The notes below the pieces were generated by a model. It made no database searches. It worked only from the letters and a program-made list of their open reading frames with translations, and had not been told where the DNA came from. Made by a program: the position numbers and the translations under genes. This document shows positions 44,225 through 63,694 of a stretch of 64,000 nt of DNA, one piece after another; positions within the stretch are counted from its first letter, which is position 1; each line of letters opens with the position of its first letter. The DNA comes from Eledone cirrhosa (Eukaryota). Location of the stretch: the NCBI GenBank assembly GCA_964016885.1, contig OZ024746.1, positions 5,704,001 to 5,768,000 on the forward strand, read 5' to 3'.

Positions 44225-44376
44225 TATATATTTTAAAAGAAAATAAGGGTCTTTTTTAAATGAAAAAAACAAACAAGATGTCCTACACGAGTGAGAGTAT
44301 AAGGAAAAAAGATGAAATCGAAAATGCAACTGGAGTCTTTTTAAAACTCCAGTTGTATTTCTATTTCAGCTTTTTT

Positions 44377-44380
<4 letters not shown>
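44225..44380. repeat. Small fold-back repeat (related copy ~24035-24140 in opposite orientation)
   Basis: ggaaaaaag...caactggagt / actccagttg...cttttttcc hairpin. Shared gatgtcctacacgagtga segment. Confidence 0.6.
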
Positions 44381-44467
<87 letters not shown>

Positions 44468-45299
44468 ATATTTACTCCACTAATCTGTTGAGTGCTTTAT
44501 ATCAGTTATAAAAGTTTTAAGCTTGTTGAATCCCAATAAATTAAATATAACCTCTGCATATATATATATATATATAGTGGTAGAACACTGGGAGGTTATA
44601 TCTGTAGTAGTAGAGCATTCAGTCCATGGGATGAGTTCGGTTGGAGTTAGTTCTACAACAGGCTTTAAGATGCATTTGTTTACTGCTCACTAAAATCGAA
44701 AAAAAAATATTGTACGATTATCGAATACGTCTTCGTTTTAAGAGTAAGAATAATCTTAAATATGACATATACACTAGAAAATTATTTACAAAATTATCCA
44801 ATTCATGTGATGATTAGTGCATGTAGAATGTATTTAATTCATTCCAAAAAGGTATCTTCTTCTTATATAATAATCATGATTCTTATACTGAGACTTCCGC
44901 TGCAGAGGTAGATGCGTTTTTTTTTTTGCTTTGCTTTTCTGAATATTCTGTCCTAGTTCGTATCCATCATGCCAAAACTCCAAGAATTCTTGATATTTTT
45001 CCCCTAATTACCTAAAGAAGACAGTCTCCAAAAACAAGATCGTTAGACAACTGTATATTCATAACAACATAATTCATTTCATATCCACGTCTTTTGGAAG
45101 TCGCAAAACTGTTTACATCTCCGACAGTTTTATACCAGGTATCTTTAAATTCAAATCTGCTTCAACTGTAAACTAACGGTGACAGAGGGAATTAATATCA
45201 TCATTCTATATATACCTTTCCACATGACTCTAAGACCAAACGTCATATACCTTAAAATTGCATGTTGTAATTGTTTGGACGAATACAACGGGCGACAGT

Positions 45300-46250
45300 C
45301 CCTTCAATAACTGCAAGGATGTCTTAGTGCAAAGAAAAAAAGCCTAAAAGATTTCTAGTTTCACAAATCGAATTAGGGCCTTCTGTCGTTCGGTTTATCT
45401 GTCGATTATTATGTTTGGAACATATTTCTATTCTCCATTCCTCATTGAAGATAATAGTGTTAGTACTTCTTCCAACTACAGTGTGTAACTTCTCAAGAGA
45501 AACTACTTTCAAACTTTCATCACTTAATCACATAAACACTGTTACCAAATAAATGTAAATTGTGTTCACTCTAAGCCAACTGCTCTCGACAATGTCCCTT
45601 CCGCTGTTAGACATCAGTACGCTATAGTGTTAGATTCTCTTATAAGCGAAATGTTGAATATTTTTGTTTATCCAAAAGCTACACCAGTTGATAAAAGATA
45701 CAACAGTACATTCCCCATGTTGTGCAAACTGTAAACCATCGAGCTATTGGCATCTCCTTCGAATATAAGTTCACCAAAAGTGTAGAGAAATATCTAGGTG
45801 TCTTCTTCAATGCGTGATATAACTCACTTTTCATCAGTTGTTGACACACTGCACACCTAAAGTAAGCCTTGAGAATTGTAGAATTGTGAAATATTGTTAA
45901 CCAATGGGAACATCATTGATAACATTCAAAAGAGAATCATTCGAATATTGGCAAGAATGTATTCCAAACCACCTCACAACCCTTTCCCTATGCTACATAT
46001 TTCTCCTTCTCTTGGGTTTCTTTCAAATCAGGCTGACGAGACAGACCCATAACTTTAATATGCCTTACTGCCACGTTCTGTAATAAAATCTGCCAATTCT
46101 TCTCCCATAGATATGCTACCGTATCAATTTACCTCCCTGTTCACATTATTTTCCTGTAGACTACAGCTTTCCAAATTGAACATCAAATTCATTGATATTA
46201 CCAGCGTAATACTACCTCAAAGCGTCATGGATATAGAAATTCCTCTACCG
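45300..46250 (+). mobile_element. Highly decayed Jockey/CR1-like LINE remnant
   Basis: Scattered EKYLGVFF and NIQKRIIRIL peptides resembling the post-RT region. Many stops. Confidence 0.35.
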
Positions 46251-47521
46251 AAAGAACGTCCTATAATCAGTTCTAATTTGACATAAAATATAATGATGCT
46301 CTGTATAATAAATTCATGTTGTTAGCGGATGAAGTCTCCGGGCTATGTACGTAAATCTTATGACTTCAAAACGCATTGAAACAGGTTTGACCACCTTGGA
46401 ATGTAGAAGAGATAAATAATACTTTTCCTCTTGTAGGAAATATTTGTGTGTAACCTTCACACGATTTTCATTCACAGTTGAAGACATTTGTTCTAACAAA
46501 TCCTGTACCTGATCATCCTCCATATGTACTGACGTATAATGTCTATTATGGCTGTGGTGTCATATGTGAAATGAATCTTGGTTGCGCTTTTAAACCTACT
46601 TTTAACCAGTTAACTATATCTCCAGTAGTTAATGCTTACGATATAAATATCAAGGCATTACATTCTCGTCATACATTTCTCACATACTTCATATATATGT
46701 GAGATAAAAATAGATCACCAATACGTATTTTAGTATTTTCATTACTTTTAAAATTCAATTATTGATGATATTGATAATGATAAATAGTATCTCTTTTTTC
46801 ATGATCAGATTGGTCTTTCTGGACATCACAAGGTAGGTCAGTTTACTGTTGTGTAACCCCCTTCTGTTCAATCATTATAATTTATTTTACCACTATTGTT
46901 ATTATTGTCAGTATTATTATTATTAGCATTATTATTATTATTACTATTATGTTTTTCATTACTATACTGTGCCGTTGCAATGGACCATTTGCTTTCTCTA
47001 AATGAAGCACTATTCACGAACACTAGTCGTAGACTCGTAGAAACGCATAAACGGTTAGTGTTGCAATTGGCTATGGATCAGCGGAGATATAAAAAATACT
47101 GTTTGGTTGATGATTAGTAAACGCTACTAAATTTCATCAAACACTTCACTGCTTATAATCTCTAGGGTTTCTTTTGGGTTTTTGTTTCTTAATACACCAT
47201 TTGTATATGTTCCATATTGGCATCTGCAGCTAGCAATTGGATCTAATTGGGACACCGTTCCAGAATATGCTTATTTTGTGGTGGGAAAATCCTTTTTATC
47301 TCCTTCAATATTGTACACATGTTACCCTTTTTATATCTATTCTGTTCCTTCTCTGTTTGTATTTGTTTCATCCTGAACTGTCACCTAATCGACACATATA
47401 TATACATTGGCTTCATTATACGTAAATACATATACTTATACATTAATATAAATGCATATCTCCCTCTATTTCTCTCTCTCTCTCTCCTTCGTACGGAAAT
47501 ATTTTATATATATATATATAA

Positions 47522-47639
<118 letters not shown>

Positions 47640-50600
47640 TATTTTATTTATGTAGAAATGTATATTATTTATATATATCTATGAGTGTGTATATAGTGTA
47701 TATATGTGTTTAGATTTAATAACTGTCTTCATTTACTTCCAATGTGCTGTTGTAAATAATTGTTATTATTGTCACCCATTTGCAATGGAAGGACAGAGAA
47801 TGTCTCGGAAGCAAAACTAAAATACATAAACATCGTAAACTAAATGGAGATTATAACGTTCAGTATTAGTTTCTAAATAGAGATCTATATAGAGAAACAA
47901 AGCATGTTCATAGTTACTCATCTAATTTTAGAAATGAAAATTAACAGGAATATAATTGTTTTTGCGCAGCTATATCAGAATACATGATAAAGAATCATGT
48001 ATATTATTCCAATTGTTTGGCCGTTATTGTGAAGCCGCCTCCGACTGAATTTGAAATAAGAACATACAGGAATGAAACCAATTTGTTCTAAACCAAATAT
48101 ATAAATAAGAATATTTTATATTCCCTTGATTCGTTATTGACTAACACATATTTAGTGAACAGATAGAGAGACATAGCTAAAATCTTCTAGTCGTTCACTC
48201 CAAAGCTTATTTCACAAACAATACCATTTGTCAGTCATATTTTCTTCCAAGCAAGAAAATATGACGCACACACAAACACATACACACTAATAATAGTTAC
48301 AGGCTCCAGTATGGCCCCAGCATTTCAGCTAGAACACATAATAGAGTAATAGAGTAATAGAAAGAACATTTACAAAGAGATTGATGTTTCTTAAAAGCTT
48401 TCTAATGCTCATGCATTATGGAACTTCTTCAATAATCTGCTTCGAGACTTTCTCTTTCTTCCATTTTAATATTCCTTGTCTTCAGCAATGGTCTAGGTGA
48501 CATTTGCTTCGTACAAACGTACGTAACTTAGCGTTTTCTGTGATGTGTATATTATGTGCCGTTTCTATGTAAATAAAGCCTCACTTGGAAGCAGGTAATA
48601 ATCCCCTTGAACTTCTTACTTTCCGTTTAGGATGTAAAGTAATGTGCTGCTGAACATATCAATAATGAATCATATTTATACACACGGTAATAGATGGAAT
48701 TTTTTCATCTCAGTTCATTGATATTCGGACGTTTTTGTATTAATTTGCAGCAGGAAAACTGACAAGAGAACTAAGAATCAAAACATCGTTTTGATACAAT
48801 TTTTTTTATTTTCTTATGTTTCGTTAATCCTATATAAAGACTGTGACTGAGCTACATAACGTCTACATAGTAATAAACAGTTCATATTGACAGGAGATAA
48901 CACGTGTTTGCTTCTTGCAGGAACTATGAATATTACACCATCAATTACATTTGAAACTAGCAATTAAATTCCAGCCTTACGTATTGCTATAAAACTTTCT
49001 GACTTCTTCTAATGTTTTCCCTTAAATAAATACTTTTCATATTAAAATATTTAGTAACAGTTACGATGCTGGCCCCTAATCGACTTCGGTTACTTTTCCT
49101 TGTGTCAATCAATCACACTATTATTCTTATTAGCTTTCTACTCTTTACACTCTTGTCTTACGTATCGATTTTGTATTTCATGATTGATTTAGTGGTTTAT
49201 AATGGCATGTAGAATATATTTCATATTATTGTAACCTATATATATTACTGAACCTTTCAATATTCCTAACAATTTTTCTGACTGAAAATTAGTCAATGGT
49301 AAAAGATAAAATTTCTGTTCCACTATGGAACGATTTCCAGTCATTTAAATTGTCAGAAGAGATAGCTTTAAGTACGAAACAATTTCTATTACCATACATA
49401 TCACATGCATGAGGTAAACCGGTCTCACCTTCACAAGACACAGATACAATATTAAAAACGTAGCTATCATGTGTGAAACAGTACACATTCAAATCATGTA
49501 CTGTGTGACACTGAAATGTAATTTGATACAGGAATAGAAACGTTTAACTCCCAGTGATACGAACGATTAGATTATTGCTTGCTAATCTGCTATTTTGGTT
49601 CTGTGTACGATTAAATAGTTTGTATTCTTATGAATATCTGAACATGTATGCCATTTTAGCTCCCAGTAAGACAATGATTTTCACTGTGATAACTATCTGG
49701 AAATATTGTCAAATATAGTCATACACAATGACCTTCAGAAAAAGAAAAAGACAACAAATGGAATAAGATTATATTTCATATAACACCAGATATAGCAACA
49801 TATGCAGTAGAGAATTAATGATAATATTATTTTTAACATTAATTATATATATAGTTCCTCGATTGATATTGAAGTTGTTTAGCCCTGAGCATTCCTTATC
49901 TTGTACCCAGTTATCAAATAACTTCCATTAATTTCTATACCATCGTTTATTTTTAGGCATGATAGTGTATGTACTATTAAAATATTACACATTTCCTTTT
50001 ATGTAATTTGAAGGGGATTTGGTTACTATATTTAGCAGGTCTAACAAACAAATTATCTGGCATAGTTTCTCATGTATAACTTTGAAGACGAATATTTATA
50101 CTTGTGTATATATAGAAATATATTTGAAAGATAAAGTAATATTTGATCGCAAGACTAGGTAAATACTTTGAGATATATCTTTTTTATTTTCATCGTAGTC
50201 CTCATTCCGTCCCATTAAAACATTTCTTTTTGGCAGTATATACTTGTTTACGCGAACTAATCAATATAAGCAACCAATTCGACACGACTCCATATAAATT
50301 CATGTCAATAATATTTACCATATCTTCAGACAACTCAGCTCAAAATATTACTGAAATATTGTGCGAGGCACTGCAAACACTCACAGATTAATGCAGCGGT
50401 ATGTTTGTGCAAAAAGCTTTTTAAACATATCCCTAAAAATCAGTATAAAACGTTTCAATGTGCATGGCCGTGCTATATTAATATTTGCTCAAGTATTAAT
50501 GCATGATTCTGTCAATCTGAAGTGTATGTAAACTCCCTTCGCTTGACCTGTATCACTTCTATTGATTTTCATGTCTCTTTATCAACAATAACATAACATA

Positions 50601-50870
50601 TTTGTGTTTATACTTTTAAATGAAACTTAGGTAATACACTATTCCTATTTTCTCAGTACATGTTTGAGATAAGCGTAAGTATACACAAATAAATTATTTA
50701 TACTTAACAAATCCATACTCAAATGAACTTGTTTTTCTTTATTTTTGCAAATAAATGTATACTCATTATAAAAATATTTCTCTACCCCTCTATCTCTCTA
50801 CCCCCCCTCTCTCTATGCACTTCTTTCTCACCAACACTCTCTTTCATTTTCTGTTACTAACTGTTTCTTG

Positions 50871-50912
<42 letters not shown>

Positions 50913-50916
<4 letters not shown>

Positions 50917-51520
50917 TGTAGATAAATCTACCAAAATGTACGGTAGTGTCCAATCCGTATGAAGAACTCAATGTAATGCGAATATCATGAAAAGAGAAGA
51001 TGTATTCAAAAGTTTTTTTCGATGAAAAATACAGGAAAACAGAGTCAAGATAAATTAATAAAAATAATGAATAAACAAAGAAACATTTCCTTATATTAAA
51101 AAATTCATCATTTTACGATCGTTTCTAGGATATATATGTTAGTGTTGGTATGCATATCATATAGATCTATGTAACATTTTAAAGGAATATACATACCTAC
51201 ACATATATATGCTGTCTTCAGAAATAATGATATTTGTTTATTGAAAAAAACAAATAAAGATTTAATACAATAGGTCCTATTGTCCAAACAGACCTATTGT
51301 ATTAAATCTTTGTTTGTTTTTTTCAATAAACAAATATCATTATTTCTGAAGACAGCATATATATATGTGTAGGTATGTCCTTCTCATAGTTTGTAAAAAT
51401 GTTACATAGATCTATATGATATGCATACCAACACTAACATATATATCCTAGAAACGATCGTAAAATGATGAATTTTTTAATATAACGAACTGTTTCTTTG
51501 TTTATTCATTAATTTTATTA

Positions 51521-51526
<6 letters not shown>
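50913..51526. mobile_element. Fold-back element, ~230-bp arms (51050-51277 / 51291-51526) with left-side tail
   Basis: Reverse-complement arms between (TA)n tracts. Confidence 0.88.
51337..51471 (+). ncRNA. Type I hammerhead ribozyme with long stem II (mirror 51105-51230 minus)
   Basis: tcattattt-CTGAAGA-...-GAAA-cgatcg-TA-aaatgatga. 9-bp stem I, palindromic ACGATCGT stem III, GUA site. Confidence 0.85.
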
Positions 51527-51586
<60 letters not shown>

Positions 51587-51830
51587 GTACTGTATATGTG
51601 AACGAATGTCTTACACATCTTTTAATATTTACTGAGCATATATATATATTCATATAATACTGTCAACGTTCTTTTTAAATTGTAGCTAATGAAAGCTTTG
51701 AAAATATTTGAACCTTCTGATATAGTCATGGATCATGTTTAATATATAAACAGTTCTGATACAAAATGCTGAACAAATCTGCCTGACAAATGACAAAGCT
51801 AAGGACATTGTATAACAATACTTTGGACTT

Positions 51831-51950
51831 GAATTTGCTGACATTCTTGAGGTCTTTCATAGGTTATTCTACATTAAAATTCCTCTTATCATTTCCATTT
51901 CATTCTCTATACCTGTAACAATATTTCTTTTTGTAATTTCACAAAAATAG
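51831..51950 (+). pseudogene. Possible M4-like terminal coding segment (EFADILEVFHRLFYIKIPLIISISFSIPVTIFLFVISQK*)
   Basis: Resembles the W..xA.ILDR + hydrophobic M4 end of nAChR-like subunits. No clean upstream frame or acceptor found. Confidence 0.3.
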
Positions 51951-54192
51951 CAGCTGAAAATAGTTTTATAATGCTTTGATTTATTATGCAAAGCATGCAC
52001 GTTTCCTCGTTTGGATAGGAATTTGTTGAAGAATGTAGAAAAGAAATTCTTTGTTTTCCTTTTTTAATGTCTTTTTATGTACAAGTGAAGAATCGAGAGG
52101 ATTAAGTAAAGAAGTACACAGCACTATTGAATTTGCTTTACAATTATGTAAATGAACAAGCGACATCTTAAACACCTCACCAAGTGGTTCTTTTCTTAAA
52201 CAAAAGGACATGACGAATAATTTCCTTGAATGTGCGTGCTTCGTACATACCAATGATGTAGATTCATTTGTGCGACGTTTAGACAAATAAAGGGAACAAA
52301 TACAATATTCTAAAATTGCCATGAAACAATCACGGGAGACTCGTTATATGTTTTCTAATATTAAGTCTATAGCAACGATGCTGTATATTTCTAGGATAAG
52401 AACTTTTACACGATTGACAATCTTGATGTCCATATACTTATGTGTTTAGTGACGAGAAAACCAAGAACATAAAGTTGTGTATGTATATTAAAATCATGAG
52501 ATAATCAAGAATGAATAAAATCGAACATTAAATTATAAATAATTTAGGTAAAGTTTTAATTCCAGCTCTAAATTATATTCGTTAATACCACAGCTACAAC
52601 ACCGAAATGAATGGTCATTATCAAGTAGAGCTAAAGTATTGTTACTAGTGGAATGTTTCTTAGGCTGGTCTAAATGGACAATTTCGTATGACTTGTAACA
52701 TCTTACAACCCATCACTAAATATTGAGCCAGTGTATCTATGTTCAAACGTGATAATTCTACAGTAACTTCATGGTATAAATCAGATGTGTATAGTCCTCA
52801 CGTGTGAAGATATAAAATACTTCAATTGATGAAGATTAACATTGTTGTAGCTAAGCGAAAAAGAGAAACTATTTCTCGACATACTAAAACTAACTCGACT
52901 TCCTAGAAATAGTAGCTCAATCGCTCCTAATAAACCTTGACTATAAATCTGCTAAATAAGGGCTGATCTCTGGCTAAAGAACAGCGTAAGGATCATAATT
53001 AAGAATAATAATATAGTTTCTCTTTCGGAAATGGAACGGTCAAATATGTACAGTGAGGCATTTAATCCTAGAAAGCTTGTGATGTCTGTGTAGCCAAATA
53101 GTAATAGAAAGCGTTTAAACATTGGAATGTGGTAATAGACTCTTAAGTGGGTGGCCCTTAACTTTTTACGCTGTTAGGGGACCAGACTGAATGCAGGTCA
53201 TAACTCCTGGGTGCCCTTCAGCTGACATTTAGCCATTCAGATATCGGAGACCTGTTGGGTATTTAAACCGTATGGAGATGTTGTTGGTAGGATCTAGCTG
53301 GAACTTCTCTCTGCTGCCTCTGCTTTCAAACTTATATTTAAACACTTTCTTGAATTGGAAGATATCTTTGGTAGTGATGGTAACGGTGCGACGTCAACCG
53401 AAGGTAGGGTTCGTTGAGGAAGGCATATGCTGAGTCAACCCTACTTTAAAGTCACTCTTTTTATGACTCAATGTGAGTATAGACCACAGTATTTGAAAGA
53501 TAGTAACCTCCTAGATGACAGCTGGTGATATTTTAGTGGGTGCAGGCTGGTACGTAAGGCAGGATCTGTGTAGCTGAGTGTATTTATTTCCACAACCAGG
53601 GGTCTGGAGATCTGGGAGCCGGTCAAATGAACTAAATGCCTTTCTTTGCCTAGAAACCTTGGATCAACGTCGAGGAATGAGCCAGGTCGCTTTCATGATG
53701 TCGGTCCTCTTCCACCAGGCTACCCCATAAGGATGTTATAGGACACATTGATAGTATTCCTTTAGATCTGTTTGCCTTTCTGGCGTGTATTCTTCATGCA
53801 AAATTATTCGGTAGTCGAGGAAAACAGTCAGCATCGTCTTAATTTTACTTGGGACCTGACTTAACTTTGGGGTTCTTGGTGACATTACATGCATCGAATG
53901 TGATGACTGAGCTTTGGTTTCCTCGTCGTACCCCTCAGCCTAACTCATATACATTTATCACGGTACTCAGGATTCTCGTGGGTATTATGGATCTAAATGG
54001 AAATGCGACGAGAAAGTAGTCCAGGCATTTCACTCGTCTATCTTCTGACAGTAACTGACGCATCCAGCGAGTTCACATAAACCTAGCATGCAAATGTGGG
54101 TAGTTCCTCTGTGCTCACTGTTGTTTCCTCTACCAACCTTACTTTCCACGGTTACTTTTTCTACTGATCCTATATATTTATATATATATATA

Positions 54193-54243
<51 letters not shown>

Positions 54244-54429
54244 ATATATATATGTATATACATATATATATATGAATATACATATACGCACAGGCATTAA
54301 CACTCACTCATATACACACTGGAATATATATATGTATATATATATATCTATATATCTATGTGTATATATATATATACACAAACGCACACGCATTCACACT
54401 CACTCCCATACACACTGGAATATATAGAT

Positions 54430-59159
<4,730 letters not shown>

Positions 59160-59160
59160 C

Positions 59161-59211
<51 letters not shown>

Positions 59212-59491
59212 TATATTCCAGTGTGTATGAGAGGAGTGTGAATGCGTGTGCGTTTGTGTATGTGTGGGTTTATAACCTGAATGTTGTTTTAAACATAATA
59301 ATAGATTAAACCTGGTTAAATATTATCTAACATAAGAATTTAATACGCATGGCAGAATGAAATGTATGTATATATATATATAGTGAAAAATTGAACGGGA
59401 ACAAAATAGAGAGGCAGTACGAACAAAGGTTTATTAGTTTCACGCTCTTGAGAGTGACGTGGTGGTGGGGAACGACGATATATATATATAT

Positions 59492-59674
59492 ATAGATAAG
59501 ATTCTACAGGACTAGAACTGTTTCATTCTTTAGAAATCATCAGGAATCTGATGATTTCTAAAGAATGAAACAGTTCTAGTCCTGTAGAATCTCATCTATA
59601 TTAAAACTTTTATACTCTGCAATGTATTGAGTACCTTACTTACTGTGGTTACCTCCGATTCAACCCGGAATAAC

Positions 59675-59675
<1 letters not shown>
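59492..59675. mobile_element. Small fold-back element with hammerhead core at the hairpin apex + tail
   Basis: ~52-bp arms around gaat. CTGATGA-tttc taaa gaat-GAAA-cagttcta-GTC at 59548-59581. Confidence 0.8.
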
Positions 59676-59757
<82 letters not shown>

Positions 59758-60489
59758 CATTAAATGGGATGTGTGCGGCTGTTTGTGCCTGTATGTGAGT
59801 GTGTGAGTGTGTATGTGTGTGTAACGGTCTATGTATCGATTGACTAACACATAATATATATATATTTATATATTCAGATACCCATTTATTTATATAGTTG
59901 TTTTAACATGGCGCCCTTTACATTTCCATCTCATCTAATTTCATGTTTCAGTTTCAATAATTTATTTGGCAATTTTTTCCAATTTGTTTCGCACTCAACA
60001 GTTGACATAAATATTTTAAATATCTTATTATAGCGAATGTCTTTTTTTTTTCTTGTAATAAATCATAAACGTTAAATTGTTTCGCAAATACTTCAACATA
60101 TTATGCGAAGTGAACTTTTTTAGATTGTATATATTTATATGTTTGTTTACACAAGGATACTTGCATTAAATGCCATTTATAGATTTATGTTCATACATAA
60201 TTCTTTTACTACTACATATCAAACACGTACTTTGATATTGGATACTTAATTGGTAATCGACGCTTAGAATTTGATCGCTAACGTTTATTACCTTTCTGTC
60301 TTTGAGTTTCATTTAAACGATTTTTTATTTCTTTAAGAGAACATCTTCAAGACAAGCGTAAATGGTCGCACATTTTATGATGAGTTTGTTGATTTTTGAT
60401 GCTTGGATTATTCATATTCACACACATGTATACACAAAAACACACACACATACACACACACACACACACATATATATATATGTCTGTAT

Positions 60490-60534
<45 letters not shown>

Positions 60535-61832
60535 CATGTGTGTGTGTGTATGTGTGTGTTGGTTTCCATTCGCAACATATATCACGTGTGCATCTTCTAT
60601 TTGTAAATGGTTAAAATTATGTACTTTAAATATTTTTTACCATTAACAAAAAATATAGTAAACCAAAGATAATCCATTTAAGTTGTCTTAATGTTTATCT
60701 TTAAACATATTTTATGGGGAATATAGATTATTTATTACATCATATTTAGAGAATTTTGAAAAGCAATTCCATTTTATTGCATTTAATTATTATTTCCATT
60801 TCGTTTTTCGTTTAATATATTTAAAGGAAGGAATGGATCTATATAACTTTAAAGCTTACGTTCATGATTACATTTTATTTTGTAATGTTAATTCACGTGG
60901 TATATTATATGTACCACAATATAGATAACCGTAAAGAGATATCATTGTTTGTTTTTCAAATATTTCTTTCAATTAAGTAAAGTTATTATTTATTCTGAAA
61001 AGCCGACCGTTTTTGGACAAGTTCAGTGACTGCTATCTCACACAATAAACGACGTGATACGCTTATTTACTTATTAGAAATTTACTATATTACTAGCTAA
61101 AATCATTCCAGTCCGAAATGACAATTGAAAAGCTGACGAAAGAGCAAGATGGATTCAGAAAAGGTAAAAGATATTGATTCGATATTTGCAATGAACGGTC
61201 CTTGCCGTCCTCCAGGGACACGCCTTCTCTATTCTGTCTGCTGGGGCTGTGGGGAGACAAGCCGATTATATTACGAATTCTGTTGAATAGTTTTAAATAA
61301 GTATTCACTTCAAAGTTAGTGTTTTGGAAACAAGTGCTTGCTTCAAAATCAACCTTTCTCTACTACACAAACTACCTAACCTTCCCACCCCAATTATCAT
61401 CTTTAAGTGGAATGTCTCATTATAGTTAAATTTTATAAATTTGTGAAATACGTTTGTCAATGCACAAATGGAGACCCTGTAGAAGATCTTGAAGTCATAC
61501 AGAACTCCGCGTAAGATCGTCATCCTTGTAAATCTACTCTATAAATATTTCAAATACGATGTAGCTATTGACAAGAAGAACAGACACCTTTTCGGTATTT
61601 CAGTTGAGCACTCTATGCTCCTTCGGGGCAGAGTATGATAATATGGAAAACGAAGAATCAGTGATACATCAGAACACAATTTATTAGCGTATTACAAATG
61701 TTTCTCCGGCGTACGGCTTGAGGTGCGATCTATTTGTGGATCGAACCTGACTCTGGTTTCGCAAGTTCCTCAGATACGTCTAGTAACCTTGAAGTAAATC
61801 CTCTTTCTGTTTTATATATATATATATATATT

Positions 61833-62338
61833 TACAATATATTAACAAATGGAAACTATATTTATAAAACCATATTTATTTCATTATACATATTTCAAGG
61901 GCCACCAGAGCAAACTATGGTGCGCTTTCATCATATAATTGTTTCTAATTTAGGCACAAGGCCAGCAATTTACCAGTACATTACTGGTACTTTATTTTAT
62001 CGACCTCGTAAGGATGAAAGGCAAAGTTAACCTCGGCGGGATTTGAACTCAGATCTTAAAGGGACGTAACTATGCTGGAAAGCATATCCGACCCTCTACT
62101 GATACTACCAATCCACCACCCAGATAAAATATAATATAGGTTAGTTTTATAAATAAATATTGACATGCCCTTAAAAAATGCAACCATTCTTGAGATATGT
62201 ATAATGAAATAAATATGGTTTTATAAATATAGTTTCCATTTAATATATTGTATATTTACTCCAATAATTTGTTGAGTGCTTTATATCAGTTATAAAAATA
62301 TTTTGCTTGTTGTATCCCAACAAATTAAATATAACCTC

Positions 62339-62342
<4 letters not shown>
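61833..62342. mobile_element. Fold-back element (arms ~61833-61898 / ~62189-62253) with a SINE between the arms and a tail shared with 44463-44557
   Basis: aaatggaaactatatttataaaaccatatttatttcattatacatat and its reverse complement. Tail ttactcca..gttgagtgctttatatcag...aacctctgca occurs twice in the window. Confidence 0.75.
61935..62122 (-). mobile_element. tRNA-derived SINE
   Basis: Reverse complement of the family core. Confidence 0.85.
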
Positions 62343-62397
<55 letters not shown>

Positions 62398-62539
62398 TAT
62401 ATAATATATATATATATAATATATATATATAATATATATATATAATATATATATATATAATATATATATATAATATATATATATAATATATATATATAAT
62501 ATATATATATAATATATATATATAATATATATATATAAT

Positions 62540-62571
<32 letters not shown>

Positions 62572-62676
62572 ATATATATATATAATATATATATATATAT
62601 AATATATATATATAATATATATATATATATAATATATATATATAATATATATATATATATAATATATATATATAAT

Positions 62677-62708
<32 letters not shown>

Positions 62709-62862
62709 ATATATATATATAATATATATATATATAATATATATATATATAATATATATATATAATATATATATATATATATAATATATATATATAATAT
62801 ATATATATATATATAATATATATATATAATATATATATATATATATAATATATATATATAAT

Positions 62863-62898
<36 letters not shown>

Positions 62899-62900
<2 letters not shown>

Positions 62901-63098
62901 GGACAATGTTTAACCCCGACGGCAGAGCTCATACCGTTTTGACGGGTAATTCTGGACTCTGAGTCCAGAAATACCCGTCGAAACGGCTTGAGCTCTGCCG
63001 TCGCGGTTAAACATTGTCCTATTATCCACTCTACAACCCTAAGTATTGAGTACTCTGGTGCGTTATGGTCCATCTGGTTCCTTACCACACTTCCTTTT
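62899..63098. mobile_element. Fold-back element, ~60-bp arms + ~78-nt tail
   Basis: taggacaatgtttaacc...ggactc-t-gagtcc...ggttaaacattgtccta, flanked by (TA)n. Confidence 0.82.
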
Positions 63099-63694
63099 AT
63101 ATATATATTTATATATATAGTAACAATTATTTAAAGTGACAATTTGATAATATAGATATGTGCGTGTGTATTGGGAACAGATAGATAGAGAAGGATATTA
63201 TATAAAACGTTAAACCTATTTGTTATTCTAAGCTAGTCTTTCAGACATGCAAATGAAAGCCTGTCAATAATATATGTATAATTTGATATATTATATTAAA
63301 TGATTCTATAGAATTCTGGATGAGACTAACTAACACTTTCATGCCATCCCTTTTCAACTTAAAATATTAATTTCTTTGGACTAGACATAAAGCCAAATCT
63401 AGCTGTTATTTTATAGATATAATCGACCTCAGTGTGTTAATATGAGTTGATTGATCAGCACCGCTGAAAAAGAAGGTGGCGTTGATATTAAAAATAAAAT
63501 AGCAACAAATGTGACACTAAGAAGAGCAATTAACCGTTCCTGTCCATATTTCGTTATGGAGGTTCATATGTCCTAATATTAGATTATGTCCTATTGTGCA
63601 TTTACTGTTAAAGCCGCTATTTCTATTTTCCAAATTGTTAAGTGCCACCGTATTCTAATTTCCACGTGCTTTCATATATATATATATATGTATA

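Noticed and set aside
51984-52322. 112-aa minus-strand ORF
   Set aside because: No recognisable motif or splice context.
53100-54175. Moderately GC-rich block, possibly a decayed retroelement
   Set aside because: No diagnostic peptide motif could be read with confidence.
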